Source of the DNA: Clostridia bacterium
Lineage (GTDB): Bacteria > Bacillota > Clostridia > Oscillospirales > CAG-272
Length of the DNA: 64,000 bases
Reading direction: 5' to 3'
Assembly (NCBI GenBank): GCA_017631855.1
Contig: JAGBSP010000020.1
Span: forward strand, 7,754-71,753
The position numbers were made by a program, and so were the translations under genes. The notes beneath the pieces are model-generated. The model saw only the letters and a list, made by a program, of their open reading frames with translations. It was not told the DNA's origin and did not search any database. Shown one piece after another: positions 1 through 8,858 of this stretch (within the stretch, counting starts at the first letter, position 1; each line of letters starts with the position of its first letter).

Positions 1-755
1 ATCGCGTCGCGGTATTCGGACAAGGAACGAATGATCGTGTCAAGTTCAAAAATCAAAGGCTCTTTGTTCTCTAAAAACAGCTCGCACCACATCTGCTCGT
101 TGAGCCAAGCCACACGGGTCATATCCTTGTAGCTGCCTGCCGAAAATCCCTTGTGCACCTTGGCAGAGGGACTTTTGACGTAGGCGTTGGACACCACGTG
201 CGCAAGCTGTGAGGTAAAGGCGATCACGCGATCGTGGCTCTCTGCGTCGGTTACCGAGAATTTTCGGAAGCCCGCAGGCGCAAGAAGCGCGCGGATCGAG
301 TCAAGAAAGGCAATGTCGTCGTAAATCGGCGGTACAAGCACCATCGGCGCGCCTTGAAACAGCGTCGCTTTTGCGTACTTGATGCCCGAATATTGCGTGC
401 CCGCCATCGGGTGACCGCCCACAAAGGTAAATCCGTACTCCTTTGCGAGCGCAAATCCGCACTCGCAGATCTGCTTTTTGGTGCCGCAAAGATCGATTAC
501 CACCGTTTTTGGGTCAATGATGGGCGCAATACGCTTGAGATAGTCGACCGCCGCCTGAGGATAGAGGGCAATCAGAATCAGATCGCAAGAGGGAATCGTA
601 CTTTCGTCGAGAATGCCGTCGCAAATCCCCGCAAGCGTGCAAAAACCAAGCGTCGGCTCGTGCGCGTCAGCACCGAGCACCGTATGTCCCGCCGCCTTGT
701 ACGCCTTCGCCATCGAACCGCCGATGAGTCCGAGACCGCAAATTCCAACCGTCAT
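1..755 (-). CDS. tyrA: Prephenate dehydrogenase (3' end outside window)
   Basis: Not in ORF track; manual translation from ATG at 755 gives MTVGICGLGLIGGSMAKA (Rossmann GxGxxG). ATGA overlap with the aroF stop. Confidence 0.88.
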   Translation of the reverse strand, partial: MTVGICGLGLIGGSMAKAYKAAGHTVLGADAHEPTLGFCTLAGICDGILDESTIPSCDLILIALYPQAAVDYLKRIAPIIDPKTVVIDLCGTKKQICECGFALAKEYGFTFVGGHPMAGTQYSGIKYAKATLFQGAPMVLVPPIYDDIAFLDSIRALLAPAGFRKFSVTDAESHDRVIAFTSQLAHVVSNAYVKSPSAKVHKGFSAGSYKDMTRVAWLNEQMWCELFLENKEPLIFELDTIIRSLSEYRDA

Positions 756-1765
756 TGCTTGATTCCCCCGAGTGCGGAGAGTACCTGACGAACCGCCGCC
801 GTTACGTCGGCAAAGGCGTCGGGCGTCAGCGATTGCGCACCGTCACACAGCGCGTGTGCGGGATCGTTGTGAACCTCGATCATCAGACCGTTCGCACCGC
901 ACGCCGCCGCGGCAAGCGCCATCGGCTTGACAAGGCGAGCAACGCCCGTCGCGTGTGAGGGGTCGACGATTACAGGAAGGTGAGACAGCTCGTGCAGAAG
1001 CGGTACTGCGGAAAGATCGAGCGTGTTTCTCGTGTAGGTCTCAAAGGTTCGGACACCGCGCTCGCAGAGAATCACGTTCTCGTTGCCGCCCGCCATAATG
1101 TACTCAGCCGACATCAGAAGCTCCTTTAAGGTGTTGGCAAGACCGCGCTTCAGAAGAATCGGCTTGTCGGTTCTTCCAAGCTCCTTCAAAAGCTCAAAAT
1201 TCTGCATATTGCGCGCGCCCACCTGAATCACGTCCACCTCTTCAAAGAGGGGAAGGTGGTTGGCGTTCATAATTTCGGTCACAATCGGAAGTCCCGTTTC
1301 CTTTTTTGCTTCGATCAGAAGCTCAATGCCGTCGGCCTTGAGTCCCTGAAAATCGTAGGGCGATGTGCGCGGCTTGAACGCGCCGCCGCGAAGCATCGTC
1401 GCGCCTGCCGCTTTCACCGCGTGCGCGATCGACATTACCTGCTCCTCACTCTCCACCGAGCAAGGACCCGCCATCACGGCGAATATATTGCCGCCGACCG
1501 AGGTGTTACCCACCGAAATGATACTGTCATCGGGGTGAAATTTGCGGTTTGCACTCTTAAATGGCTCGCTGATGCGCTTGACCGATTCAACGATATCAAG
1601 GCTTTCCAAGAGCTCTGCATCGATTTTCGAGGTGTCTCCCACAAGACCGACAACGGTGTGCAGACTTCCGCGCGAGAGGTGAACCTCAAGTCCCTGAAGT
1701 CTGATCCAGGACGAAAGATTTTCAATTTGTGTTTCGGTAGTGCCCGATTTTAATACGGCGATCAT
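752..1765 (-). CDS. aroF: 3-deoxy-7-phosphoheptulonate (DAHP) synthase, class I-beta, with N-terminal regulatory domain
   Basis: Motifs AGPCSVES, GGAFKPRTSPY, QVGARNMQNF, DPSH; RBS AAGGAG upstream. Confidence 0.95.
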   Translation of the reverse strand: MIAVLKSGTTETQIENLSSWIRLQGLEVHLSRGSLHTVVGLVGDTSKIDAELLESLDIVESVKRISEPFKSANRKFHPDDSIISVGNTSVGGNIFAVMAGPCSVESEEQVMSIAHAVKAAGATMLRGGAFKPRTSPYDFQGLKADGIELLIEAKKETGLPIVTEIMNANHLPLFEEVDVIQVGARNMQNFELLKELGRTDKPILLKRGLANTLKELLMSAEYIMAGGNENVILCERGVRTFETYTRNTLDLSAVPLLHELSHLPVIVDPSHATGVARLVKPMALAAAACGANGLMIEVHNDPAHALCDGAQSLTPDAFADVTAAVRQVLSALGGIKQ

Positions 1766-1830
1766 AAAAATTCTCCTTTAAAATTATGAATTTTTCTGTG
1801 GCAGCAAAGTAGCAAAGGGAACATCCACAG

Positions 1831-1874
1831 AAAAAATGAAGCCTTTGCGGTGTTCTGCACCGGAAAGGCTTCAT
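1831..1874 (-). terminator. Attenuator-type intrinsic terminator in the aroF leader
   Basis: Stem ATGAAGCCTTT...AAAGGCTTCAT followed by a T-tract on the minus strand, between the leader peptide and aroF. Confidence 0.8.
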
Positions 1875-1945
1875 GAATTTTTATGAAATCGAAAATTCGA
1901 TTGGATAAAATCAACTGAAACGAAAATCCGCAACAAAAAGCACCT

Positions 1946-2014
1946 TTATTTTTTCGACTGCGTAAAGCAATAAAAATAAAGGTAATAAAATTTGTTAGCG
2001 AAAGAACGGTTCAT
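1946..2014 (-). CDS. Phe/Tyr-rich leader peptide MNRSFANKFYYLYFYCFTQSKK
   Basis: 22-codon ORF with RBS AAGGAG; 4 Phe and 4 Tyr; lies between the promoter and terminator upstream of aroF-tyrA. Confidence 0.8.
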   Translation of the reverse strand: MNRSFANKFYYLYFYCFTQSKK

Positions 2015-2044
2015 TGCCTTTTCTCCTTTGTTTTCGTTACACAC

Positions 2045-2073
2045 ATTTTAGCACGCTAAAACGCGTTTGTCAA
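2045..2073 (-). promoter_or_regulatory. Sigma-A promoter of the leader-aroF-tyrA operon
   Basis: TTGACA-17 bp-TAAAAT with extended TG on the minus strand. Confidence 0.75.
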
Positions 2074-2084
2074 GAGATTTCTCT

Positions 2085-2130
2085 AAAAAAATTACTCTCA
2101 CGGAAAAAATTTTTCCGTGAGAGTGAAAAA
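2085..2130 (-). terminator. Intrinsic terminator after the CofE-like gene
   Basis: Inverted repeat ACTCTCACGGAAAA/TTTTCCGTGAGAGT flanked by A-runs. Confidence 0.7.
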
Positions 2131-2135
2131 ATTGC

Positions 2136-3332
2136 TTATTCGGTGGTGTAGTTGTCGAAATAACCCTGAATAAATACGATGGGCGTACCCTTGTCGCCCG
2201 AACCCGAGGTCAGATCGCAAAGCGAACCGATCAGGTCGGTGAGCTGACGGGGCGTCGTACCCTCGGAAGCCATCTGACCGACGAGGTTGCCGTCCTTTTC
2301 CTGAATCTTTGCCTTGATGGCGGCTTTCAGCTCGTCACCCGAAAGATCGCCGAACTCGTTGTCGGCAAGATACTTCAGCTTCAGCTCGTTGGGCGTACCC
2401 TCAAGACCTGCGGTGTAAGCGGGCGCTACCACCGGGTCCGCAAGCTCCCAAATCTTTCCAATGGGATCCTTAAACGCGCCGTCACCGTAAACCATAACCT
2501 CAATGCGCTTGCCCGTTGCGTCAAACAGCTTTGCCTGAATGGCATCAACGACTACCTGACAGTCGCGGGGGAAGAGCTTGACTTGATCCTCGGTCGCCTT
2601 GTTCGAGCCAAGCAGACCGTAATTGGCGTTGAAGCCGCTGCCGTTGACGGGAGCATTCATAATTTCGTCAAGACCGAGCACGATCTCGGCGCCCGAAGCC
2701 TTGAGAATTCTCTTGGTGCGGATTCTCGAGTGAATATCACAGCAGAGCACGTTCTTCGTGTAGCCCAGAATTGCCTTCGGGTTGTTCGCGAAAACGATCT
2801 CAACGTCAGCGCCGCACTCACGGATCAGCGACTCGTAGTACTCTACGTAGTCCACACCCGTAAATCTGTGCTTCTCGTAGCCGAAGAGCTCACGGTATTT
2901 TTCCAGCGTCAGTACGTCGCAGTAGGGGTTGACACCCTTCTCGTCGACCGCGTCAAGACTGATGAGGTGGTTTCCAACCTCGTCCGAGGGATAGGAAAGC
3001 ATCAGAACGACCTTCTTAACACCCTTCGCAATACCGCGCAGACAGATTGCAAAGCGGTTGCGGCTCAGAATGGGGAAGATCACGCCGACCGTAGCGTCAG
3101 CGCCGAACTTTGCCTTGACGTCAGCGGCAATATCGTCCACCGATGCGTAGTTACCCTGCGCACGTGCGACGATCGCCTCGGTCATAGCAACAATATCTCT
3201 GTCGTGGAACTCAAACTTTGCATCCTTTGATGCTTCAAGAACACATTCGGTGACGATATCAACGATATTGTCGCCGCTCTTGATGATGGGCGCTCTTACG
3301 CCGCGCGATACGGTTCCAATCATACGACTCAT
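2136..3332 (-). CDS. Coenzyme F420-0:L-glutamate ligase (CofE)-like family protein
   Basis: RGVRAPIIKSGD N-terminus and DLTSGSGDKGTP C-terminal motif typical of clostridial CofE-like proteins; start chosen by RBS AAGGAG (3338 is an alternative). Confidence 0.75.
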   Translation of the reverse strand: MSRMIGTVSRGVRAPIIKSGDNIVDIVTECVLEASKDAKFEFHDRDIVAMTEAIVARAQGNYASVDDIAADVKAKFGADATVGVIFPILSRNRFAICLRGIAKGVKKVVLMLSYPSDEVGNHLISLDAVDEKGVNPYCDVLTLEKYRELFGYEKHRFTGVDYVEYYESLIRECGADVEIVFANNPKAILGYTKNVLCCDIHSRIRTKRILKASGAEIVLGLDEIMNAPVNGSGFNANYGLLGSNKATEDQVKLFPRDCQVVVDAIQAKLFDATGKRIEVMVYGDGAFKDPIGKIWELADPVVAPAYTAGLEGTPNELKLKYLADNEFGDLSGDELKAAIKAKIQEKDGNLVGQMASEGTTPRQLTDLIGSLCDLTSGSGDKGTPIVFIQGYFDNYTTE

Positions 3333-3453
3333 AATCATAAACTCCTTATAGTACGAATAGCATACGGCAAAAACGCCGTACGACATTATATTATATCATA
3401 GTGTCTGGAAAAATTCAAGATAATTTTTTAATTTTTTTCAAAAAATCGAAAAA

Positions 3454-4440
3454 TTAGAGTAGGGAAGCCACGAGCTCTTCATACGGCTTTGCCGAAAGAT
3501 ACGCGGGCGGTACGTCAAAGACGGTCTTGCAACCGACAGCACCCTCGCGAGCCATGCGAGCGAGCGCACGTGCATAGGCAACGATCACAGACGCGGTGAA
3601 TTCGGGGTTCGAGTCGAGCTTCAAGGAATACTCAATCACGTGCGAATGTTCAAGATTCTTGCCCGTCTTGCCCGTGCGAATGACAAATCCGCCGTGCGGA
3701 ATGCCCGAGTGATCGCGACGGAGCTCGTCAAGCGAAATGAAATGAACGACCGTGTCATAGTCGGCAAAATAGTTGGGCATCTCGCAGATCTCGCGCTCAA
3801 TGCGAGCAAGGTCAGCACCTTCCTCGGCAACCACAAAGCACTCGCGCAAATGTTTTTCGCGCGTCGAAAGCTCGGGGCACGAGCCGCTGCGAACAGCCGA
3901 GAGCGCTTCCTCTTTCGGAATGGTATATTGCTTTGCGTCAACAACGCCCGAAATGCGGCGAATGGCATCCGAGTGACCTTGGCTCACGCCCTTGCCCCAA
4001 AAAGTGTAGTCGCGACCGTCGGGCAGAATCGCACCCGCGAGAAGACGGTTCAGCGAGAACATTCCGGGGTCCCAACCAACCGAAATCATCGCGGCGTTGC
4101 CACCCTCACGAGCGGCGGCGTCGACCGAGGCAAAGTGCTCGGGAATCTTCGCGTGCGTGTCGAAGGAATCAATCACGCAGAAATGCTTGGCAAGAGCAGG
4201 GGTCTGTACGGGCAGATCTGTCGCAGAACCGCCGCAAAGGATCAGAACGTCGATTTTGCCAACGTAAGAGAGAATATCGTTTGCCGAAACAACGGGAACC
4301 CCCGCCGTACCGAGCGTCAGCGAAGAGGGATCACGTCGTGTGAAAACAGCGACGAGAGAGAGATCGGGATTTTGAGCGATCGCGCACTCAATGCCGCGAC
4401 CGAGATTTCCGTAACCGTAGATACCAATGCGAATAGCCAT
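3454..4440 (-). CDS. ddh: meso-diaminopimelate dehydrogenase
   Basis: IGIYGYGNLG, CGGSATD, DSFDTH, GWDPG, SQGHS, SNPEFT motifs. Confidence 0.95.
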   Translation of the reverse strand: MAIRIGIYGYGNLGRGIECAIAQNPDLSLVAVFTRRDPSSLTLGTAGVPVVSANDILSYVGKIDVLILCGGSATDLPVQTPALAKHFCVIDSFDTHAKIPEHFASVDAAAREGGNAAMISVGWDPGMFSLNRLLAGAILPDGRDYTFWGKGVSQGHSDAIRRISGVVDAKQYTIPKEEALSAVRSGSCPELSTREKHLRECFVVAEEGADLARIEREICEMPNYFADYDTVVHFISLDELRRDHSGIPHGGFVIRTGKTGKNLEHSHVIEYSLKLDSNPEFTASVIVAYARALARMAREGAVGCKTVFDVPPAYLSAKPYEELVASLL

Positions 4441-4649
4441 AAAAACCTGCCTTTCCAAAAGCAAAAATAACAACAATAGTATAGCATATCTCCCCCGCAT
4501 TTGCAAGATTTTTGAAAATATTTTTTGGTTTTTTAAAAATTCGTTCAAAATCCATCATTATTTATATATGATATGACAGGAAAGCATTTTGCGTACCCCC
4601 GCACGGACGATCGCATATCGCCAAGGATATCCTCCCCGTTGTCATTCTC

Positions 4650-4677
4650 GAGCGAAGCAAAGAATCTCGATGGAGAT
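4650..4677. repeat. Single degenerate copy of a TGTCATTC(T)GAGCGAAGC-type REP-like element
   Basis: TGTCATTCTCGAGCGAAGCAAAGAATCT resembles an intergenic repeat family recalled from other bacteria; only one copy in this window. Confidence 0.35.
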
Positions 4678-4776
4678 GCTCTCAAAGAAATGTGTAAGAG
4701 ATTCGATCAAAATCACCAACTTTTTCATTTGCTTTTGTGCAAAACATAAAAAATTTCCTTTGCGTTCATATTTTGC

Positions 4777-4805
4777 TTGACAATCTTGCTGAAGTGTGGT
4801 AATCT
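4777..4805 (+). promoter_or_regulatory. Sigma-A promoter of surface protein 1
   Basis: TTGACA-17 bp-TAATCT with extended TG. Confidence 0.6.
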
Positions 4806-4923
4806 TTATATTAGATATAGAATGTACTAATAGTACGTCCTATCGGAATTTCGTTGTTTGGGGACGAAATTTCATAAACAAATTTCAAAATTTTTAAAAA
4901 ATAATGAAAGGAATATAATCATT

Positions 4924-7900
4924 ATGAAAACAAGAACCCAAAAGCTAATTTCCCTTGTTTTGGTGCTGATGATGCTCGTCACGATGGTTCCCGCAGGAAT
5001 CTTCACGGCAAGCGCAGAAGACGACGCGATCGTGATCGAAACTCTTGATCAATGGAACGCGTATGCAGAAACAGGCACCGAAACTTTTGCAGGTAAGACT
5101 GTAAAACTTGGCGACAATATCACTGGTATCACCAAGCCCCTCGCGGCTAATTTTGCAGGTACCTTCGACGGTGATGGATACGCAATTTATGATGTGACCT
5201 TTGAGGGCGCAGGTGTAATTGCAGCCAAACTGTCCGGTTCTGCAATCGTTAAGAACGTTAAGTTCGAAAACGTTGACATCACGGGCACGGGCAACACCGG
5301 CTTGATTGCAGGAGCGGTAACTGTATCCGGCGAAAACAAGATTACGATTGAAAAAATCAACGTAGATGCTAATTCTTCCGTTAGCGGTGCGGCTGCTACG
5401 GGCGGTCTTATCGGTCATGCAACGTTGAGCAATTCTGCAACCCTTGCTTTTGATAGCATTGATGCGGCAGCTGCTGTTTCTGGTTCTGGTTTGGTAGGAA
5501 AGACCAACCAAAAAGAAGCGAAGTCAATTGGCGGTATCTTGGGTTACGGTTTGGTTTCTACCACAACTGCTGCAGGTGCTACGGCGCCCCTGTTCTCTGC
5601 GAACGCTTGTTTGGTAATGGGTACTGTCAGTGCAACTGGTACTCCTGATACCGCGAACAATATATATATGCCTCCGGTATCCGGTGTGTTTGGCATTTTG
5701 GAGGGTGGCGGTTACAATAGCCACAAGAGAATCTCGGTTACCAATTGTTTCATTGGTGCAAAAATGACGACCACTGGCCCGAATAAGAGTTGTCTGATAG
5801 CAGCATATGACGAAGGTGGTAATTTTACTTATTCCAATGTCAAAAGCATTACTGGCGCAACTTATAATCAGTACGGCGGTGGAAACAATGGTTCTACCGT
5901 AAATGGTGAAACTCCTCCGGCTACTTATTGGGGCGCTACTCACATGAAGGATATTGCTACCGTATCTCTCGAGGATGCTCAGGCATTCTTCACTAGAAAC
6001 GACAAAAACTTTATCTCGATAAAAACCATTGATAACTACGACACGATAGAAACTTTTGAGATTGACAGTGCTGCAAAGTGGAACGAGTTGGCAAGAAGTG
6101 TTCACAACTTTGAGGGCAAAAAGGTTGTTCTAACGAAGGATTTCGACGCAAACGACGAAGAGCTTACGACCTTTGCGAATGTTTTCAAGGGTACTTTTGA
6201 TGGCAACAACAAGACGATCTCTAATGCAATTGTTAACGGTAACGGCGTGATCGCAAACATCCTCGAAGGTGGTGCAACCGTTCAGAACGTAAAGTTCGTA
6301 AACGTTGATGTAACCGGCACGGGTGCCGTTGGTATGATCGCGGGAACGCTTGCTCCTGCAAATACTACCACGATTACCAAAATCAGCATTGATGATACTT
6401 CTTCGGTTACCGGTACAACTCAAACAGGCGGACTGATTGGTATTGTCAACACGGCAAACACCTATACGCTTGCTGTTAGCAATCTTTCGATGAAAGCTGA
6501 GGTCGCTGGCGGAACGACCGGCGGTGTAGTTGGTAAGGTAGGTAACAATACCAATGCGACCTCCCAAGCATACGTGAACATTAGCAACGCAATTATTTCT
6601 CCTGCTGCAAAGGTTCAGGGCGGTGCTGTTGGAGACTTTCTTGGTGCACGCCCTGCGGCAAATACTGCTTCTACAACGGCATCGAGATTGTCTTTGACCA
6701 ACGTTGCAATGCTTGGTTCTAATTATACTTATTTCATTTCCAATACTTCCAATAACGTTTCGAATGTTGCTTATACGAATATGTATGTAACATCCACAAG
6801 TATAGGATTCTTATACTCTGGTTCTTATGCCACTTACATCAATGGTATTCATTGTAAAGATGCTACTAGCGTTGATAGATACTCCCCCACAGTGGTTAAT
6901 ATTGTCGATAAGGGAACGATCGAGATTCCGTGGCTGATTGATGATTCTGATGTGAATACGTATTTCTCCGAGGACGAGAACGGATACGTTATTTATGGCT
7001 ATGATCCTTCTTTGATTCCTGATTATGCAACCACCAATACGTTTGAAATCGCTAATATTGACGATTGGAATGCGCTGGCAGGTAAGGATCATACTTTTGC
7101 AGGCAAAAAAATTGTACTGACTAAGGATATTGATGCAACTGGTGTTACGCTTTTGCCGCTTGCTACTTATTTTGCAGGTGATTTTGACGGTCAGGGGCAC
7201 ACTATTACCGGTGCAACCGTGAATGGTGCTGGTTTGATCGCCGATACTCTGTTGGGTGGAGGAGTTATTCAAAAGGTTTCTTTTGATGGTGTAACTGTCA
7301 ATAATCAATCCGGTAATGCAGGAATTCTTGCAGGATCCTTGATTGCTGATAGGGGAGCCAAGATTAATATTACTCAAATTAATGTTACTAACTCGTCCGT
7401 TACGGGTACTGGTTACGCTGGTGGTTTGATTGGTTCTATAAAGGTAACTGAATCGAAAACAAGTGGCGTGATTGATGTTTCGAAAATTTATTCTCAAGTT
7501 ACTGTTACATCGAGTGCTAACAATACTGCTGTAGGTGGTCTGATTGGCTATGCCGAGGTGAAAGGTACTTCGCGCGATGTGTCTGTGACTTTGAATCTTG
7601 AAGATGCGATTGTTGATTCTAAACTGTCCGGCGGTAACAAAAGAGCAGGTGTTGTAGGTTATTTCCTGGGCGATGCTGCTATTCCTGCTAATGGTGGATC
7701 TACAGACATAAACAATACCAAAAATAACATTACTACTTACTTTAACATGAAAGATCTTGTGGTGAAAACCCAAGGCTTCACTTATAGAGTTGCAGAAACA
7801 AAGTATGGAGCGTTTACGTGTGAAAATCTGTACCTTGTAGGAGCGAAAGATACTGATAATATATTCCGCCTTGAAGGTTATGCATCTTGGCTGAACCAGA

Positions 7901-8484
7901 TTCACCCTTCTCTGTTGGGTAAAGACGGTAATCGTGATTTTATTACCACGGCCTCGATTGCGGCAAGTGGAAAGATGGACGTCCCCTTTATTTTGAATAC
8001 CGTTGCAACTTCGGAAGATGTTGCGAAGATGGCAATGAATCTTTCTGATAAGGAAGGATTCTTGCGATTGGTTCCTCAGCAGTTCCAGGTAGTAGGTCTC
8101 CAGCAGAGTGCTTCGTTTACAACTGACTACGCACTTCGCTTCATCGCTCCGATGTATTTGGAGAACGCTTCGGATATCAAGATGACTGTCGTTGCTGCGT
8201 ATACGAATGCCGATGGTAAAGCAGTGACAAAGACCTTTGAGGCAGAAACCACCATGTATGATGGTCTGACTGCGTACGATGAGTACAAGATCACCGAAAA
8301 GGATCTCATTCGCGCTTCTGACTACGGCGCAAATAAGCTGGCAGGCTTTACGATCTACGGTATTCCTGTAGGCATGTACGATATTACCTTCGAGGCAACG
8401 GTAACCTATACGGTTGGCGAGACGACTGTAACGTCGGTTCCTGTTACCGTTATGTTTAACATTGATGGTGCTTTGGCAAAATAA
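4924..8484 (+). CDS. Large secreted surface protein 1: signal peptide, three GLUG/beta-helix-like modules, shared C-terminal domain
   Basis: MKTRTQKLISLVLVLMMLVTMVPAGIFTASA signal peptide; three copies of I.....WN..A...F.GK.V.L..D...F.G.FDG.G..I and GGLIG motifs; C-terminal QVVG.Q.S...YALRFIAP domain. Confidence 0.8.
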   Translation: MKTRTQKLISLVLVLMMLVTMVPAGIFTASAEDDAIVIETLDQWNAYAETGTETFAGKTVKLGDNITGITKPLAANFAGTFDGDGYAIYDVTFEGAGVIAAKLSGSAIVKNVKFENVDITGTGNTGLIAGAVTVSGENKITIEKINVDANSSVSGAAATGGLIGHATLSNSATLAFDSIDAAAAVSGSGLVGKTNQKEAKSIGGILGYGLVSTTTAAGATAPLFSANACLVMGTVSATGTPDTANNIYMPPVSGVFGILEGGGYNSHKRISVTNCFIGAKMTTTGPNKSCLIAAYDEGGNFTYSNVKSITGATYNQYGGGNNGSTVNGETPPATYWGATHMKDIATVSLEDAQAFFTRNDKNFISIKTIDNYDTIETFEIDSAAKWNELARSVHNFEGKKVVLTKDFDANDEELTTFANVFKGTFDGNNKTISNAIVNGNGVIANILEGGATVQNVKFVNVDVTGTGAVGMIAGTLAPANTTTITKISIDDTSSVTGTTQTGGLIGIVNTANTYTLAVSNLSMKAEVAGGTTGGVVGKVGNNTNATSQAYVNISNAIISPAAKVQGGAVGDFLGARPAANTASTTASRLSLTNVAMLGSNYTYFISNTSNNVSNVAYTNMYVTSTSIGFLYSGSYATYINGIHCKDATSVDRYSPTVVNIVDKGTIEIPWLIDDSDVNTYFSEDENGYVIYGYDPSLIPDYATTNTFEIANIDDWNALAGKDHTFAGKKIVLTKDIDATGVTLLPLATYFAGDFDGQGHTITGATVNGAGLIADTLLGGGVIQKVSFDGVTVNNQSGNAGILAGSLIADRGAKINITQINVTNSSVTGTGYAGGLIGSIKVTESKTSGVIDVSKIYSQVTVTSSANNTAVGGLIGYAEVKGTSRDVSVTLNLEDAIVDSKLSGGNKRAGVVGYFLGDAAIPANGGSTDINNTKNNITTYFNMKDLVVKTQGFTYRVAETKYGAFTCENLYLVGAKDTDNIFRLEGYASWLNQIHPSLLGKDGNRDFITTASIAASGKMDVPFILNTVATSEDVAKMAMNLSDKEGFLRLVPQQFQVVGLQQSASFTTDYALRFIAPMYLENASDIKMTVVAAYTNADGKAVTKTFEAETTMYDGLTAYDEYKITEKDLIRASDYGANKLAGFTIYGIPVGMYDITFEATVTYTVGETTVTSVPVTVMFNIDGALAK

Positions 8485-8502
8485 TCAAGGAGGTTACGAA
8501 CG

Positions 8503-8631
8503 ATGAAAAAGTACAATGAAGCAACAATTGAATTGATTTCTCTCTCCGTAGCCGATGTAATTACCGCTTCTGTTAACGATGTTGGTTCTCGTATGGGATG
8601 GTTCGATGCCAACGAAGAAGATGAGGAATAA
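8503..8631 (+). CDS. Unannotated 42-aa peptide MKKYNEATIELISLSVADVITASVNDVGSRMGWFDANEEDEE
   Basis: Strong RBS AAGGAGG 9 nt upstream; lies between surface protein 1 and its terminator, so probably co-transcribed; below the ORF-track cutoff. Confidence 0.85.
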   Translation: MKKYNEATIELISLSVADVITASVNDVGSRMGWFDANEEDEE

Positions 8632-8658
8632 TCTTCTTTGCGAAAACTGAAAAAAACT

Positions 8659-8686
8659 ACAGCGGTCTGCTTTGGCAGACCGCTGT
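8659..8686 (+). terminator. Intrinsic terminator
   Basis: ACAGCGGTCTGC-TTTG-GCAGACCGCTGT followed by a T-rich run. Confidence 0.8.
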
Positions 8687-8770
8687 TTGGTTTTGGTTTG
8701 GAATAATTACCAAAAAGAGCAGGGTGTTTTGATGAAAAATACCAAAAATGAAAATCTTATTTTCTTTTCC

Positions 8771-8799
8771 TTGACAAAAACGATAAAATTTGATATAAT
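8771..8799 (+). promoter_or_regulatory. Consensus sigma-A promoter of surface protein 2
   Basis: TTGACA-17 bp-TATAAT with extended TG. Confidence 0.85.
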
Positions 8800-8858
8800 G
8801 TATGATAACATAATATGTGTAATTATGCAATCATATCGCATATGAAAGGAAGAATCTT

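Noticed and set aside
8503-8631. The 42-aa peptide as a lasso peptide or other classical RiPP precursor
   Set aside because: No Asp/Glu at core positions 7-9 after T-A|S, no Cys, and no cyclase, peptidase, RRE or radical SAM gene nearby.
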